DNA of 64,000 nucleotides from Podarcis filfolensis (taxonomy: Eukaryota): assembly GCA_964270895.1 (NCBI GenBank), contig OZ185446.1; one strand, written 5' to 3'. The position numbers and the translations under genes are program-made. Below are positions 26,956 to 39,974 of this stretch, one piece after another. Each line of letters opens with the position of its first letter. Position 1 is the first letter of the stretch. The notes under the pieces are model-generated. The model did not search any database and had not been told where the DNA came from. It was given only the letters and a program-made list of their open reading frames with translations.

Positions 26956-28726
26956 CTACAGAACATCAAAGGAAACAAGTTATAGGGATAGTAACTCCTA
27001 TCCAGCTTTGTCAAATTTGGTTCAGCTTTGTAAAAAAAGAGAGTGCATTGATGGCATCCATTCCCAGGAGCATCTTAAATCAACTGAAATATGGTGCTAA
27101 TGCTCTTAAATGACATAGCTACCAATGCAAGTTTATTACTAGGCAACCTATGAAGAGTCAAAAAATACATGACTCCAGTTTGGACTTTACTTAATGAAAA
27201 AAAATCAGAATGCTGAAACTGAAGCCTTCTAAATCGGAACTCGTTTAGAAGTTGCTGAAACCAATTAAACTATTAATATAATTCAAGATCTCAAAATATT
27301 GTTTCAAATGGAAGCTGTAACAATGCAGAGGGAGCCCACTGTCACATGGGTTTTATCTTGCTCTTTTCTGACAAACTAACAAAAGGTAGGGTGGTAAATG
27401 ACCTGAAAGGCCCTGATTAGAACTATTGATTTTTCTTACAGAATTTTCAGCCTGATCTGAAACTCATTTGTCACACAATAATTGGTTATAATGAACAGCA
27501 CAAGTCAATCTCTCTGACCTTGAACTCATGCACTCTCTTCAGAATTAAAATGTTGCCAAATGCAGTGTTGGAATATTAATGGTATATCAGGAATGCCTTT
27601 AATATTCCAGCCTTAAGCTTTTCTGAAAGTATTATACCCTTTGTGCATCAAATAACCTTTCTATAGGGCCTAAAATTCTGGCAGAAAACACATTCTTACA
27701 GGAAGCTACAGGGAAATCAAGAACATCAAAAGAAAGGCTGCTTCCAAGTGTTGCTCCTGAGTTTGCAAGTTTCAACAGGACAAACGTTAAAGGATAATAT
27801 AATAGGCTAAGAACTGTTTCTTATTAAACACTACAATAGTTTAACCCCCTAAAGCACCAACCGGATATGCTTTATTTAGTATACATCTTGAGGAAACCTC
27901 ATTCGGCACACAGCAGCTTAGATCACCAGCACTTGGAAGCAGTGAAAAAGTGGAAGATCCTGCACCATGGAATCAATGTAACATTGTTTGAACTAGTTTC
28001 ACTCACATATTGCTTTCACAAAGACTCCCTTACACAATGTTCATGTTTAATTGGCAGGTAAGATGTTTAAAAAGTAATCAGCTGAAAGTGTATTCAGGAG
28101 AAACTGGAACCTATCAGTTACAATTGCATACTATTTTGAATTTGCTAGGCTCGTCTTAATATCTGAGTTCCCCTAACAATGTGAGTAAATAGGTCCCCAT
28201 TCCCATTTACCATATTTCTAACTCAGATTAAGATGCTACATGACTCCATGGCAGAGTTGGCACTGAACATCTAACTCTCTGCCCACGAGACCACACTGAC
28301 TTTGACCATCTGAAACAAAAAACTGAGAACACTGAAAATAGCCATCCATCCAAAATGCAATTAGCAAGCTTTCCATCTCGCAGGGTAAAGTACTTTAGTC
28401 TAAGTTTTACGGGCCAATTCAACCTAACGTGATCTATTTCACTGAGTACAGTTACTCTATATTCTGTAACAACCGATCAGAAAAAACATCAGCATTCAGT
28501 AGTTAGCATTTACAGTGACAAACCATTGATATTCATCATTCGAGCCTATCTGTAAGGGATAATAACAGGAATTAGCAGCTATATAGTTCTTTAGAATATT
28601 CAAAGCATTCCCTCAGTAATTTTTACAACAATCCTGCAAGGTAGGCTCAGTATTATGCCTATACTACAGGAGAGTGACTGAGGATAAGACACTGTGTCTC
28701 ATTTAAAGCCATAAAAGCCCAGTTTG

Positions 28727-29105
28727 CGCATTATGCTAAGTCAAACCATGGCTTAGCATGAACAGTTGAATGTGCAGGCTCTCAGAGATTGTGGTCACTC
28801 TGGTCCTCTTACTGTTACTGCATTGAGCTCAGCATGTCTAATGAGCCCAGGTTCATGGTTTACCTCTCTCCACACAAACTATGAATTGTAACCAAGATTT
28901 GTCCTGTGGGTTACAGCCAGTGCTTGGTATGGGACAGCTAAACCATGAGCCTAGGTTCATATAACCTGCTAAGCCAAAGCATGACTTAGTCTGGTCCAGC
29001 ACAGCAGAACCAGCAGATGAGCAACACAGTCACAATCTCCTCTCAGGGAGCCTGCAGAATTGCTCTGTGCTAAGATATGATTTGGCTTAGAGTTACATGC
29101 AACTG
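28727..29105. mobile_element. Palindromic MITE with nested inverted repeats (superfamily uncertain, possibly Harbinger-like)
   Basis: Left GCTAAGTCAAACCAT...GCAGGCTCTCAGAGATTGTG mirrors right CACAATCTCC...GAGCCTGC...ATGATTTGGCTTAG. Inner pair AGGTTCATGGTTTA / TAAACCATGAGCCT. Confidence 0.6.
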
Positions 29106-29670
29106 AGTTTCTAGCAAGTTCATCGCGGATTCCACCTAGGGACTTTTAATAGTACTTTCACAGTAACTTGGTTCTCCAAAATCACTCAATGGTATTCAAG
29201 AGATATAGGCAATTCTTGTTTCCACAAAAACAGAATTTCATTATTTAATATTATCACTGCATCTTGCCAACGGACAGGGTAACATCGGGGATGGTTGACC
29301 CATGACCTGTGGACCACATCTGGGTGGCTGACGGGAAGAGCTCCCCATATACCCCATTCTGAATGGATTTCTCCTTTAGGCTCCATCTTCTCATTCCAGT
29401 AAAGTGCACACTTGACTCTCAAGACTGGTGACAGTGAGCTCCAATTCCTGATCATGGCTTACAATAAGAAACTTTTGCTGTAACAGATGTAAGTATAAGT
29501 AACAGGTGTGCCTTATGTTTTTCAGCAGATGAGGGAATCACCAACATATAAGTGGATTGTGTGTGCTGGTAAAGGCGTTTCTTCTATCTCTCCAGTTTAC
29601 TCATCTGTGCCTGTCTGGAAACTAGTATAGATGCAGAAAACTACGGTAACATAGACAGACAGAGCCTTAC

Positions 29671-29958
29671 CTCTGGCTCAGATTTGATCTCCACTTTAGG
29701 TTGTGCCACTGGAATAACTGCTCTAGGCTTTGTCTCAGTCCTTCCCTGTTGGTTCTTCACACTAGCAACAGGCCTTGCAGTAGGCATGGTACTGGTAATG
29801 GGTTTTACTTGAGCAGCAGGTGCTGAGGTTCTTCGGTTGTTAGCAGCCTCGATTGCATGCAAAGGTGCTATCGGCAATTCCCGCAAGTTACTGTTCCTTG
29901 GAGCAGGTGACTGGAGTTGCTGATTTGGACGCTTCACCATGTTTTGTGTTGGTGTGTT
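29671..29958 (-). CDS. RBM33: RBM33 coding exon (NTPTQNMVKRP...APRNSNLRELPIAP...IKSEPE)
   Basis: Acceptor ttttttttccag|AAC, donor GAG|GTAAGG. 288 nt, phase 0/0. Conserved APRNSNLRELPIAP. Confidence 0.96.
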
Positions 29959-31029
29959 CTGGAAAAAAAAATCATTAAAAAACCCAATAGAATTGAGGTT
30001 TTAAGCACGCAGATTTTGCTGTAGCTTAACTGATAACATATGGAGATTCAGAATCACCTTTCTTTGTACAGTCATTTCTTTAGCAAATGCAGGTCTATAG
30101 TCCTCTTTGCCATGCTAATGGTACTAACAGCCTTGGATAAGCTTTGAGGAATGGAATCTTCCAAAGGAAGAGCAGACAAAGCAACAGAACTAACAGCTAG
30201 TCAGGTGTCCAGTGTAATTATCTTTTTCCCCAGCACAGAATTTTCTGTGGCAGAGAAGGTATCAACCCTGCAGAGGGCCTCAAGAAACACAGGTGAACAC
30301 AAACAGAGGGACAAAGCAGTGCTAAGTGGTTTGAAAATTCTTTAGCACAGCAAAGGAAAAAGTCAACCATGGATTGACAAAACTGCAGGATTTGTGACTA
30401 GAAGTGAACAAATGTGGCCAACTTCACCTCCAGACACAGCCTTCCATAAATAATGTTTCTAAGCGCGCGCACACACACACACACACAGCCAGTCCTACAC
30501 ATCCTTGCCTTCTTTTCTTTCAAAACCTTGCAGGCAAACTACATGGCAAAGCCTCTCCTGAACTGTCATCACTTCTTTGCTGCACTCTATACTGCCAGTC
30601 AACCTGCTCAACATCATCACTGCAGTTGGGAAGCCAATCCTTGTCCCTTTCCTTTCTCACTTTGCCCCCATGTGCCTTAACTTCATTGAAGCATTGGCAG
30701 TAGGGCTAGTTCTGCTTTCTAACTATCACTGCTAGTACTAAAGAAGTATCACTCAGTAACACAGGTAGGGCTGCAATGAATCATTTGCCTGCTCACTACT
30801 GGAATGTTCAAATTGCACTCCCTTGGAAGGGGCGAAAGAAAGAACCCTTAACATGGCATTGAGAAAGCTGCCCATGGAAATCTCTTTTCCTCTGTGCTGC
30901 TTTGCACAGCCCAATAGTAGTAAGATTACTCGGCCTCTCAAGCTCAAGATAACAATCTCAAGACACTGTCCAAATAAGAGTGTTCTTTTGATACTAAGCA
31001 AATACTTAGTAAGCAAGGGGTGGGGTTAA

Positions 31030-31131
31030 TGGGTTGTTGTTTTTATTTTGATTATATATTTTGTGGTTTTATATTCTGATTTTGTTCTGTGAACCGCCCT
31101 GAGACCTCCGGGTATAGGGCGGTATATAAAT

Positions 31132-31172
<41 letters not shown>
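31030..31172 (+). mobile_element. L2 LINE 3' end with (AAT)13 tail (31134-31172)
   Basis: TGTGAACCGCCCTGAGACCTCCGGGTATAGGGCGGTATATAAAT followed by a microsatellite. Confidence 0.8.
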
Positions 31173-31173
<1 letters not shown>

Positions 31174-31322
31174 CCAAGGCAGCCGAATTTAGCACTGAGG
31201 GAGCGTCATAGAGGCCGTGCAAGAGATAAGCCACAACACTAATAGTGTCACACCATACAACAGGGGGATCTAATCTACAGACCTGCAGGTAGCTCTTCAA
31301 GAGGTTTGTATTCACTCTCAAA

Positions 31323-31356
31323 ACACACACGCACACACACACACACACACACACAC
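31323..31356. repeat. (AC)n microsatellite with one interruption
   Basis: Direct reading. Confidence 0.95.
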
Positions 31357-31583
31357 TCCCCAAGCCTTCTCATTTTTTAAGAAAACTACTAGGGTTTTTG
31401 TTATTTTTTATTTCAGGCAACAACTGGGGTTTGCATTCCAGGTTATCACACACATCAGTGGAGTGCACATAAGCCCGCCCCACCCCCTTCTGGGTCCGAA
31501 AACAGCCTGCACATGCACAGTCATGTGTTCTTTGAACACGCGCAAAACGGGAGTTGTCTGTACTGTATTTAAATGTCACTTAC

Positions 31584-31916
31584 ATGCCTGGCCTTTACCA
31601 GACCTTGTCGCTGCTGACACTGCATCCGATTGCTGCTTGACTGTTGCTGCTGTGCCTGCATGTGAGGTCTAAACTGGGATGGGGCAACAGAAATCAGAGG
31701 CTGGGGGGGCACTGCAAGGAGATGGTGCTGCTGCTGGTGTGGCTGGTGCTGCTGGTGTGGTTGATGCTGCTGGTGGTGCTGTTGGGCTGTTTGTGGATGC
31801 TGCTGATGGGACTGCGGATGCTGCTGATGCGGCTGTTGATGCGGCTGTGGGTGGTGCTGTTGCGGCGGCTGTGGATGCTGCTGATGCTGCGGCTGCAAAG
31901 GAGGGTGCAAGGGACC
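31584..31916 (-). CDS. RBM33: RBM33 His/Gln/Pro-rich coding exon (GPLHPPLQPQHQQ...QRQGLVKARH)
   Basis: Acceptor acgtgcag|GGT, donor CAT|GTAAGT. 333 nt, phase 0/0. The RH|NT junction matches the next exon. Confidence 0.93.
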
Positions 31917-32316
31917 CTGCACGTTTTAAAGGAAAGCACACATGAGCTGCAAACTCAAAAAAGGCCTGCTCCTAAATATTCAAGCTCTAAGTAGCTAATA
32001 GGATTTAACCAGCACTCTGTATATCACAATTACTATAACCAGCAAAGAATACACCTTTATGAATAAGCACACCACCACCCAATTCGAGTTTAAAGTTAAG
32101 TTACGCTAAATTAAAGTGCTGGACCGCACATAAGCATCATGTTTTGGCTGTTCCTTTTTAAAAAATAATAATGAAGAAGTCTAACTGGAGTCTGAACATT
32201 TCCTACAATTACTAAAGCACAATAGTTAAACTTTAAAGGAAGCTTAATAAGTGAAAGGAATGCACGATACCAGCCATTGTGTATTTATTAGTATCCTCAA
32301 ATGAAAAACAATAGTA

Positions 32317-32331
32317 CCAGCAGAGGGTGCT
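32317..32331 (+). promoter_or_regulatory. Candidate CTCF site CCAGCAGAGGGTGCT
   Basis: 14 of 15 positions fit the CTCF core CCASYAGRKGGCRST. Motif match only. Confidence 0.35.
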
Positions 32332-33166
32332 CTAACCTTTGTGGTGAGCTAATATGGCTGTTTTCTAGATGCATGCTTAATCTATTCACTGTACAGGAAC
32401 TTGTTTTTAAACAATAGATTATTTTCATATTTCTTCTGGAATAAATCAATTTAGGAAACCATAGAATATTGAACAAAATGTTGCATTACAAACTTTTCTA
32501 ATCTCATTAGCTGTGAACAGCCTTGCAAAAATCAAAGCAGTTTAATATCTTCACTTTGAAGCACTATGCCAGTACAAAGTTGCCACTAAACCTTGTAATT
32601 CAATTAGCACTGGGCACAGGGGGATAAATATGTTTTCATGCTTGGCACAGCAATAAAAAGGCACATTTAAATTTCATCTATATTTTGTACCATCAATTCA
32701 AACATTAAACATTCAACTCTGTGCACAGGAGAACTTCTCAAAGATTTCCACACTTCCCTGCATAAACAACAAATGGTTTGAGGCTCTTAAGGAATAGCTA
32801 AGATGAAAAAAGTAAGCACCTGCACTTTATTCTTAGGCCCACAGCTAAAAAGATCAAGAGAGAGGAGGGGGTCAACTAAATGTGTTTGTTACATGCTTTA
32901 AAAGTCTCTAAAAGAGGGCAAAAGGATACTGGGAGGAAACTGGACATTAATTTCCAAGCACTCATCAATACAGTTACCATTCTTTTTGCAGCAATTAGGG
33001 GATGGCAGGTCTAGGTTCTGCCCTGCTGATCAAAGTGGTGTGAAAGGGTGCTAGAGTAACAACTTTTGGGCAGCTTTGCAGGCATTGCACTTTTGGGAAC
33101 TTAGGTTAAAGCTGTCACAATATTTCTAAATGCAGATCCATAGGAACTCTTGCTTTCATTTCGTAC

Positions 33167-33498
33167 CTGCATGTTGGGCTGTGTGAGAGTTGTCAAAAAC
33201 GGCTGGCCTGGCACCTGCATGAACGACTGCCTGGGAGGGAGGAAAGGTCGTGCATTTGCTGCTCCAGGCTGGTTGAAGTGAAGGACTCCCACGGGGCCCT
33301 GCGGCTGAAGGTTTGGCCTCACCATCCTCTCTCTGGGGAACATGTGCTGCTGCCCCTGCTGGTTAAAACCTGGTCCAGGCTGGCTGAAAGGGTGCGGGTT
33401 TTGGTTGGGCATGGGGTGGGTGCTGTTGAGGAGTGGGGGCGGTAGAGGAGGAGGAGGGCTCCGCTGCTCGAACAAGTGATGGCTGGGAAATCTTGGCT
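33167..33498 (-). CDS. RBM33: RBM33 coding exon (E|PRFPSHHLFEQRSPPP...TLTQPNMQ)
   Basis: Acceptor tttctgacag|AG, donor CAG|GTACGA. 332 nt, phase 1 to 0. Within ORF 33101-33571. Confidence 0.95.
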
Positions 33499-33622
33499 CT
33501 GTCAGAAACAAAACGTAGTCATAAAACCAATCTATCCATGGAGCAAACTGAACAGCCTTCCTAGTCCTCACACCCCTGCTTCAGATAACGCTCACATAGG
33601 AAGCTGCAATATTAGTTTAAAC

Positions 33623-33757
33623 CAGTGTTCCCCAACCTAGCGCCCTCCAGATGTTTTACAGTACAACTCCTATCAGCCCCAGCCAGCACAGCGTACAGCA
33701 GAATGGCAGGAACTTGAACCCAAAACATATGGAAGGCACCCGGGTTGGGGAAAGCCA
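33623..33757. mobile_element. hAT-like palindromic MITE
   Basis: Ends TTCCCCAACC / GGTTGGGGAA, with a CCCTCCAGATGTTTT core shared with 51590. Confidence 0.65.
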
Positions 33758-33766
33758 GGTTAGATT

Positions 33767-33912
33767 ATTGGGTCCATCTAACCCAATATTGTCTGCATGG
33801 ACTGGCAATGGCTTCTCAGGATTACATGAAGAGGTTCCTTTAGCATTATCTGCTCCTTTTTGTTGGATATGTGCCACCTTCTGCATTCAAAGCATGTGAT
33901 TTGCCACTAAAC
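33767..33912 (-). mobile_element. Degenerate tRNA-derived squamate SINE (Squam3-like)
   Basis: Reverse head CCTTCTGCATTCAAAGCATGTGATTTGCCACT and body GGTCCATCTAACCCAATATTGTCT. Confidence 0.55.
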
Positions 33913-35011
33913 GAAGATCCTTTCCTCACAAAACGTTCTAGACTGCACAGATGTTACAAAAGGGGCGGGGAGAGATACATACTTTTGCTTCTTTTATCAC
34001 TCTCTAAGAGCCTTAGATACCTGGAGTAGATACCTGGGTTAGAGAGGACCACTAGGTCCCTGTAGTTCAAAACCCTTCTCCTAAACAGGAGGAACGCTCT
34101 CACCCCAATCAACCCACAGAATCCAGGTAAGTCCTGCAAGCACAACTATTTATTGTCTTCATGGAAAATCAATAGGGGAAAGACGGTTTCGGTTAGAAGT
34201 CCTGTTGTTTAACTGAAAGCAGCCATCAGCAACAACTAACACAATTAAGGGTTGTACAATGAGTTACAAGGGAAGAGAAATCCAAGTTGCGCCTGTGAAA
34301 GTTTTCATCACTTTTTCAGTTGACATCTTAGAAGTTTTCTTCTTACATATATGTTACAATAATGTATAAGCCAGTAAACATGACTATGTTAAAAATTTAC
34401 AGGAGAGAATCGGGTAAGTGCTATTGTGGTACCTAATTGCTATATCCCAAGCTCCAGATATAGGAGGATTTGCCAGCTTCAACAATGGCCTAGAAGTGAC
34501 AGATGGGAAAGTGACTGCGTATAAGTGTGACAATGGGAAATAATTAAATAATTCAATTCAAATCCAGAAATGGCAGGAGGAACCTGGAGATTCCTCATGG
34601 TTTCCGAGGACACTCTTTCTGGAGCCTGAAGAGGGCATTAGTGAAGGCAGAGGATGCCCCAAAGAGATTGGATAAGCAGCGGGAATTTGTTTATGCTGCT
34701 CAGCCTCCCCGCCTAACAGCTGATGTGGGGGAGCAGCGCAGCAGTAACAGCCGCTTTCCTGTGTGTCTTCCAGCCTCCTGCCAGCGCCAGAGCTTCAATT
34801 CTAGTTGTGGATATTTTTGGAATACAGTATTTTCTATATGGATCGAAGAGAGCAGCAGAGAGGGTGTTTAAAGGGTGCTTAGAGGGTGCTCCCCACTTTA
34901 TCCAATTTCACTTTTACACACGGGGGCCCAGAACATGACCCCCATGTAAGTGGGGGGATGCCTGTAGTTAAGACAACAAGCTGCCGCTTCTGATGCTAGG
35001 CAGGACCCTAC

Positions 35012-35162
35012 CTCCCATGAAGAAAGGCTCTCTATCTTGTGGAGGCGGTGGTGGCAGAGGCGGTGGTGGTCCTCTCCATTGATCCTGGAGGGAGAGTCTT
35101 GGGGCTTGATTGAAGTTGGTAGGAACAGGTCCAGGGGGATTCTGCTGAAAGTCTGGAGGACC
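35012..35162 (-). CDS. RBM33: RBM33 coding exon (GPPDFQQNPPGPVP...QDREPFFMG)
   Basis: Acceptor ttattcag|GGT, donor GGAG|GTAGGG. 151 nt, phase 0 to 1. Within ORF 34968-35192. Confidence 0.95.
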
Positions 35163-37735
35163 CTGAATAATACAAGGGGACACACGGAACACAAATGGAG
35201 GTTAAAGTAATCCTGAAGCATTTCTTCTATGGCTCATTTATTAGATTAATTTTATTCTTTTATCATCCTTCCGCTCAACAGGGAGCCCAAAGCAATGTAC
35301 AACATCTCTAAAATTGAGTAAGTACAAAATATTACATGAAATCCTATGAAAACTTCTTACATAGCCTAACTATTGAGAATATTTATTTATTTTATAGGAA
35401 AAGATTAAAATACCTTTCTGTAACTGAATAAATTGGCAACCCTACTGAGTCATATCTTTCACTGTGGCAGTGAACATGGAACCTAAGCACAATATCTTTA
35501 CAATGAATTCAAAATGTTTTAATAATCACAGCAGCACCACAGGAATGCCATCTCTTTTCAAGCTTAGTGAAATCCATGCAATTATTGACCTTCTATCCCA
35601 TTAATCCAAAAGTCTGAATGTCTACTTTAGAAAATGCTCCTGACATTTATCTCTTTAAACCATGCTATTCTTTGCTATCTATTTAGTACAACCTAAGCAA
35701 CCAAAATGAAGCTACTTTAATTTTCTGGATGTCATAAATTGATTCTCCCCACCCCCCTTTTCCGAAGTAAAGAAATCATATTTCCAGAATAACAGGGAAT
35801 CAACATTTCACAAAGCACATAACCCTAAATACTTAAGCATCTGAAGCATTCGTTACAGACAGGATACAGAAAAATTAACATAGATTTGCCACCCTTGGTT
35901 TCAAATAAATGCTTCAGACTGATATTCAGCTATTTCACAATCAGCAAAGGAAGGAGCCATTTAAAATTTAAGCTCAGTAATTGATTTTCCCCCTTTTGAT
36001 TCTATAAACGAACATGCCATATCATCTACTAAAAAGACAAGGACCATTTATGACACAAACACCCATTAACTAAATTAGTGGGAAGTAATATTATGTTGTC
36101 ACATCTCTTCTTACAGCACATCAAACAGTCAAGAGTATTCTCAACTCAGCAGTGTTTTCAGGTAAGCATCTAAAAATCAGTATTACCCACAATCAGTATG
36201 TTTCCTTACTATTACCGTATAGGCTTAGAAACAACAACAAAGATTCCTGGACAAATTTAAGGGCTGCAAGGAATAAAGTACAATTAAATCCCACTTCAAC
36301 ACACACAAAGTTAGTGGGGGAAATTGTTCTGCATATGAGTAAGAACTGGACTATTAGAATTATAGTGCTTAATTTGTGTGCCAGCTTTTACTCTGGTTCT
36401 GCTACATTTCAAAGAGCCACGTTCTAAACTGGATGCTGCTCCAGCACACAGGATGGTGACAGCTCCCATTACACAGCTCGAAGGTGGTGGCATCCCCTGC
36501 TCTGAAATCTACACTTCTGTTCCCGTGCTTAGCTGCCCTTTATAAATGTATGCATACAATTGTCTATAAATTAGTCCTGTTAGCCCAACTACAATTTTTC
36601 ATTTTATGGTTGGGGGGGGGGCTACATTTTTTAGTCAACTAAACACAAACTTGAGTTACAGAAAAACAGGCTTCTACTACCTACACACATACACAGGTCT
36701 CTCATGCGCTAATCATTTATTTACTTGCACCATTAAATCTTCTACCATCTCTTTCTGAAAACCTGAAGCACAGTATACACCACTAGGAACACTGCAGCAG
36801 ACATTAGCTACAGATGTGTTGCATTAATAGGGGGAAAATACAAGTACAGTACAACTCTGTGGACTGTGAAACATTTAAGTGGCCTTGGGTCCATGGATAT
36901 ACCATGCACAATTCTATAGTCACAGTTAAGGACACCGACAAATATAATATCAAAATAGCCTACTTCTTTCAGAATCTGAACCAAGGTTCTTTGATAGATA
37001 TTAAACTGCTAACGTTTTACACTCCTGTTAAATTTAGAAGTCAGAATGCTATTTTTTGTGCTCAGCAACATATGTACCACAAAGAAAACAAGCATACGGG
37101 AAACATAATAAATTCTGATATGCACAGTAGTTTCTCCTTTCCATGCCCTCACATAGGCAGTTTCAAAGAGCCACAAGATGCTAAAAGTAACATTCATTTG
37201 TAAGCGGATAAAATTGATCTTGATTTTTTACATGGCCTAAATCGTAACACTGCAAGAATGTGCTTTGGGATAATGCATTTTGGGCATTTGCTGCCGTTTG
37301 TTTGTCTCTTTGTTTTTTTCCAAACCCACCAAGTAAACTGAAGAGGGTCATGGCTTTGCAGAATACATATAGTTGTGATCTTAACCAGGGAAAGAGCCAG
37401 ATACTCCCCAAACTGCTGCTACCCCACCCCACTCCCATCAAAAGCACAGTCCAGCTGCACAATCCCACAGGTCTGGCTTTCTGGACTAAGAGTTCAAAAC
37501 ATTACATTCAACAGTGTTTGCTACATGATATTCACTTAGAAAACTTTAGAGCTTGAAGGCTGCAAGCATCTTACGCTCATTTAAACAGTGGCTCATTTCA
37601 AAGCATCTGACATTTTATAGTAAAAGGATTTATAGATTTCCACACACTAGTATTTAAAAGGCCTCACTTTACTGCCTTGGGTTCCATAATGGAAAATAGC
37701 CAGGATATAAATGTAATGAAATAAATAAAAGCATA

Positions 37736-38102
37736 AAAAGGTAAAGGACCCTTGACAGTTAAGTCCAGTCGCGAATGACTCTGGGGTTGCGGCGCTCATC
37801 TCGCTTTACTGGCTGAGGGAGTCGACGTTTGTCCACAGACAGTTTTTCTGGGTCATGTGGCCAGCATGACTAAGCCGCTTCTGGTGAAACCAGAACAGCG
37901 CACAGAAACATCGTTTACCTTCCTGCCGGAGCAGTACCTATTTATCTACTTGCATCTTGACGTGCTTTCGATCTGCTAGGTTTGCAGGAGCTGGGACCGA
38001 ACAATGGGAACTCACCCTGTCGCGGGGATTTGAACCTCTGACCTTCCGATTGGCAAGCTCTAGGCTTAGTGGTTTAGACCACAGCGCCACCCACGTCCCA
38101 AG
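37736..38102 (-). mobile_element. Full-length Sauria SINE
   Basis: (ACCTTT)n tail, 5' end GGGACGTGGGTGGCGCTGTGG on the minus strand, and a 10-bp TSD TAAAAGCATA (37726-37735 and 38103-38112). Confidence 0.92.
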
Positions 38103-39974
38103 TAAAAGCATATACAGTCTCAGTCATCCTTAAACCGGCCCTGCAAAGTAGATTAGTTTGTCCCCATACTGTAAGTGGGTCGGCTACAACAAGATATGGT
38201 AGATTGCCTAAGGCTATGTAGTGAGTTTATGGCAGAGGGTCAGCCAGACAAATCAGACCTAGAGCTTAATCTCATAGCCACAAACTGTCTATACATAATA
38301 GCTTTCAAACCTTGAAGTTGTGAAATTAGGGCTGTCACCTTATTAGTTGATTGGTTGAGGCTTTTTAAATAGATCAAATCTGTTTATGAATGAATCAATA
38401 ATTTATTGCGGACGGGAAGCACATATTTTAGTTGATACATGTAGTGATCAGAGCAGGCATCATCCCAGAAGAGGCACAAAGAAGAAGTGTGGTTTTTGTA
38501 TAAATGTGAATTCTTAATAATCTGTGTGTATTGTCCAACTGATCAGGGACAACATTTTAGTCAATCAAAGAGTTTATTGTTGCTTAAGAACTGACTAGAA
38601 TCTGAAGCCTTGCGTGACATTTAATAATGCCAGCCTTTGCCTATCACTAATTAGATGTTGCAAGTTATGGCTAACCAATCCCTATAAAAACGATTCATCA
38701 AGCATTGTTCAGCCATTCTTCTTTGCATATGTACTTCCATTATGCATCATATCACAGGCATAACCAGAATGTTATTGATTACTTTTGCAAAACCTCAGCA
38801 CTAGGTAACTTCTGTCTACAGTTTGTTATAGCGATCTGAATGGCTCATTGAGCATGACTTCCACATACGCAGGCAATCCTACTTTCTGAAAGAACATGAG
38901 ATAAGGTTACCCTAATCCTGTCAAAGAATTACACTGTTTTGCTTTCCTTTTTATCCCCTCAAATATCCCCCCTAGTTAAGAAATTAACATTCTCTCTCAT
39001 ACAATTCTTACAGAAATTGTACTTTTACTTTTCGGCATCTCTTGTTAATTACATGATGTTATCTGTTATAATCTATTCATGAACCACAGATAACTTTGGC
39101 TACCAATAAAAGAGAAAACTTAGCATAAATTGCTTAGCACAAAGTTAATCTTATAAAGCAAGGCATAAAGAGGATCTAACAGCTATTATATGACTTATCA
39201 GCTTTCCTAAAAGGGTCACTCTATACTTTTTTTCAAAGAGACTAATTAAATACCTTAACAATGTCATTGAAACTTCACGAATCTTTCAATAAATTACACC
39301 CTGTCTCTACAACATGTTTTCATTTATTAATCTCACTTAACATGCAAAGAGGCTAGAAGAATGCCACTGACACCAAAGTAGGGATACTCTGTTAATTCTT
39401 ATTAAAAATTGTATAAATGCAAAGAATCAGTGACTATAACCTATGACATGATTAAAACTATAGCTATCTGTCACAAAATGTTAATCCTCTTACTTTAGCA
39501 TCCACTGGACTTTGGCTTTTCTTGGGTAAATGACCTTAGTTCAATTCAATCACCACAGGGTAAGATGCACGCAGAAATGTAACATGCAGATCCCTTCAAT
39601 GTATGGCTCCACAGCCATCATGTTCTCAGCAAACCACCATGCCCAAATGCATGGTGGCTTTGGGCTTCATGATAAGATTAATTTTTTTAATTTACTGAGT
39701 TCTGCACCAATTAGATGCATGCAAAAAGGAAGCAGGGTCCAGTCTCTGGTTCTTATACCCAAGGGTGACTTACTGTATGTGGAGAAAGAAGTATTTTAAA
39801 GTAGGTGAAATTCTAGATTGCTTTTTGGGATGCCAAGCATTCCCATCTCTGGAGGGGAAATGACTAAAACCAATCACCTTCAGAGATGCCATCTGAAGAT
39901 TTGGCGCATGGAGTCACTAATATTTAGATGAATTTGAGCTCTGTCTTTCCACACAAACTGAATGAGGGGAGGTT

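Noticed and set aside
30463-30487. (GC)4(AC)8 alternating purine-pyrimidine tract as a Z-DNA element
   Set aside because: Short, ordinary microsatellite with no supporting context.
31644-31994. Poly-Ala, poly-Leu and Ser-rich ORFs in other frames and strands
   Set aside because: Shadows of the CAG/CAT-rich RBM33 exon.
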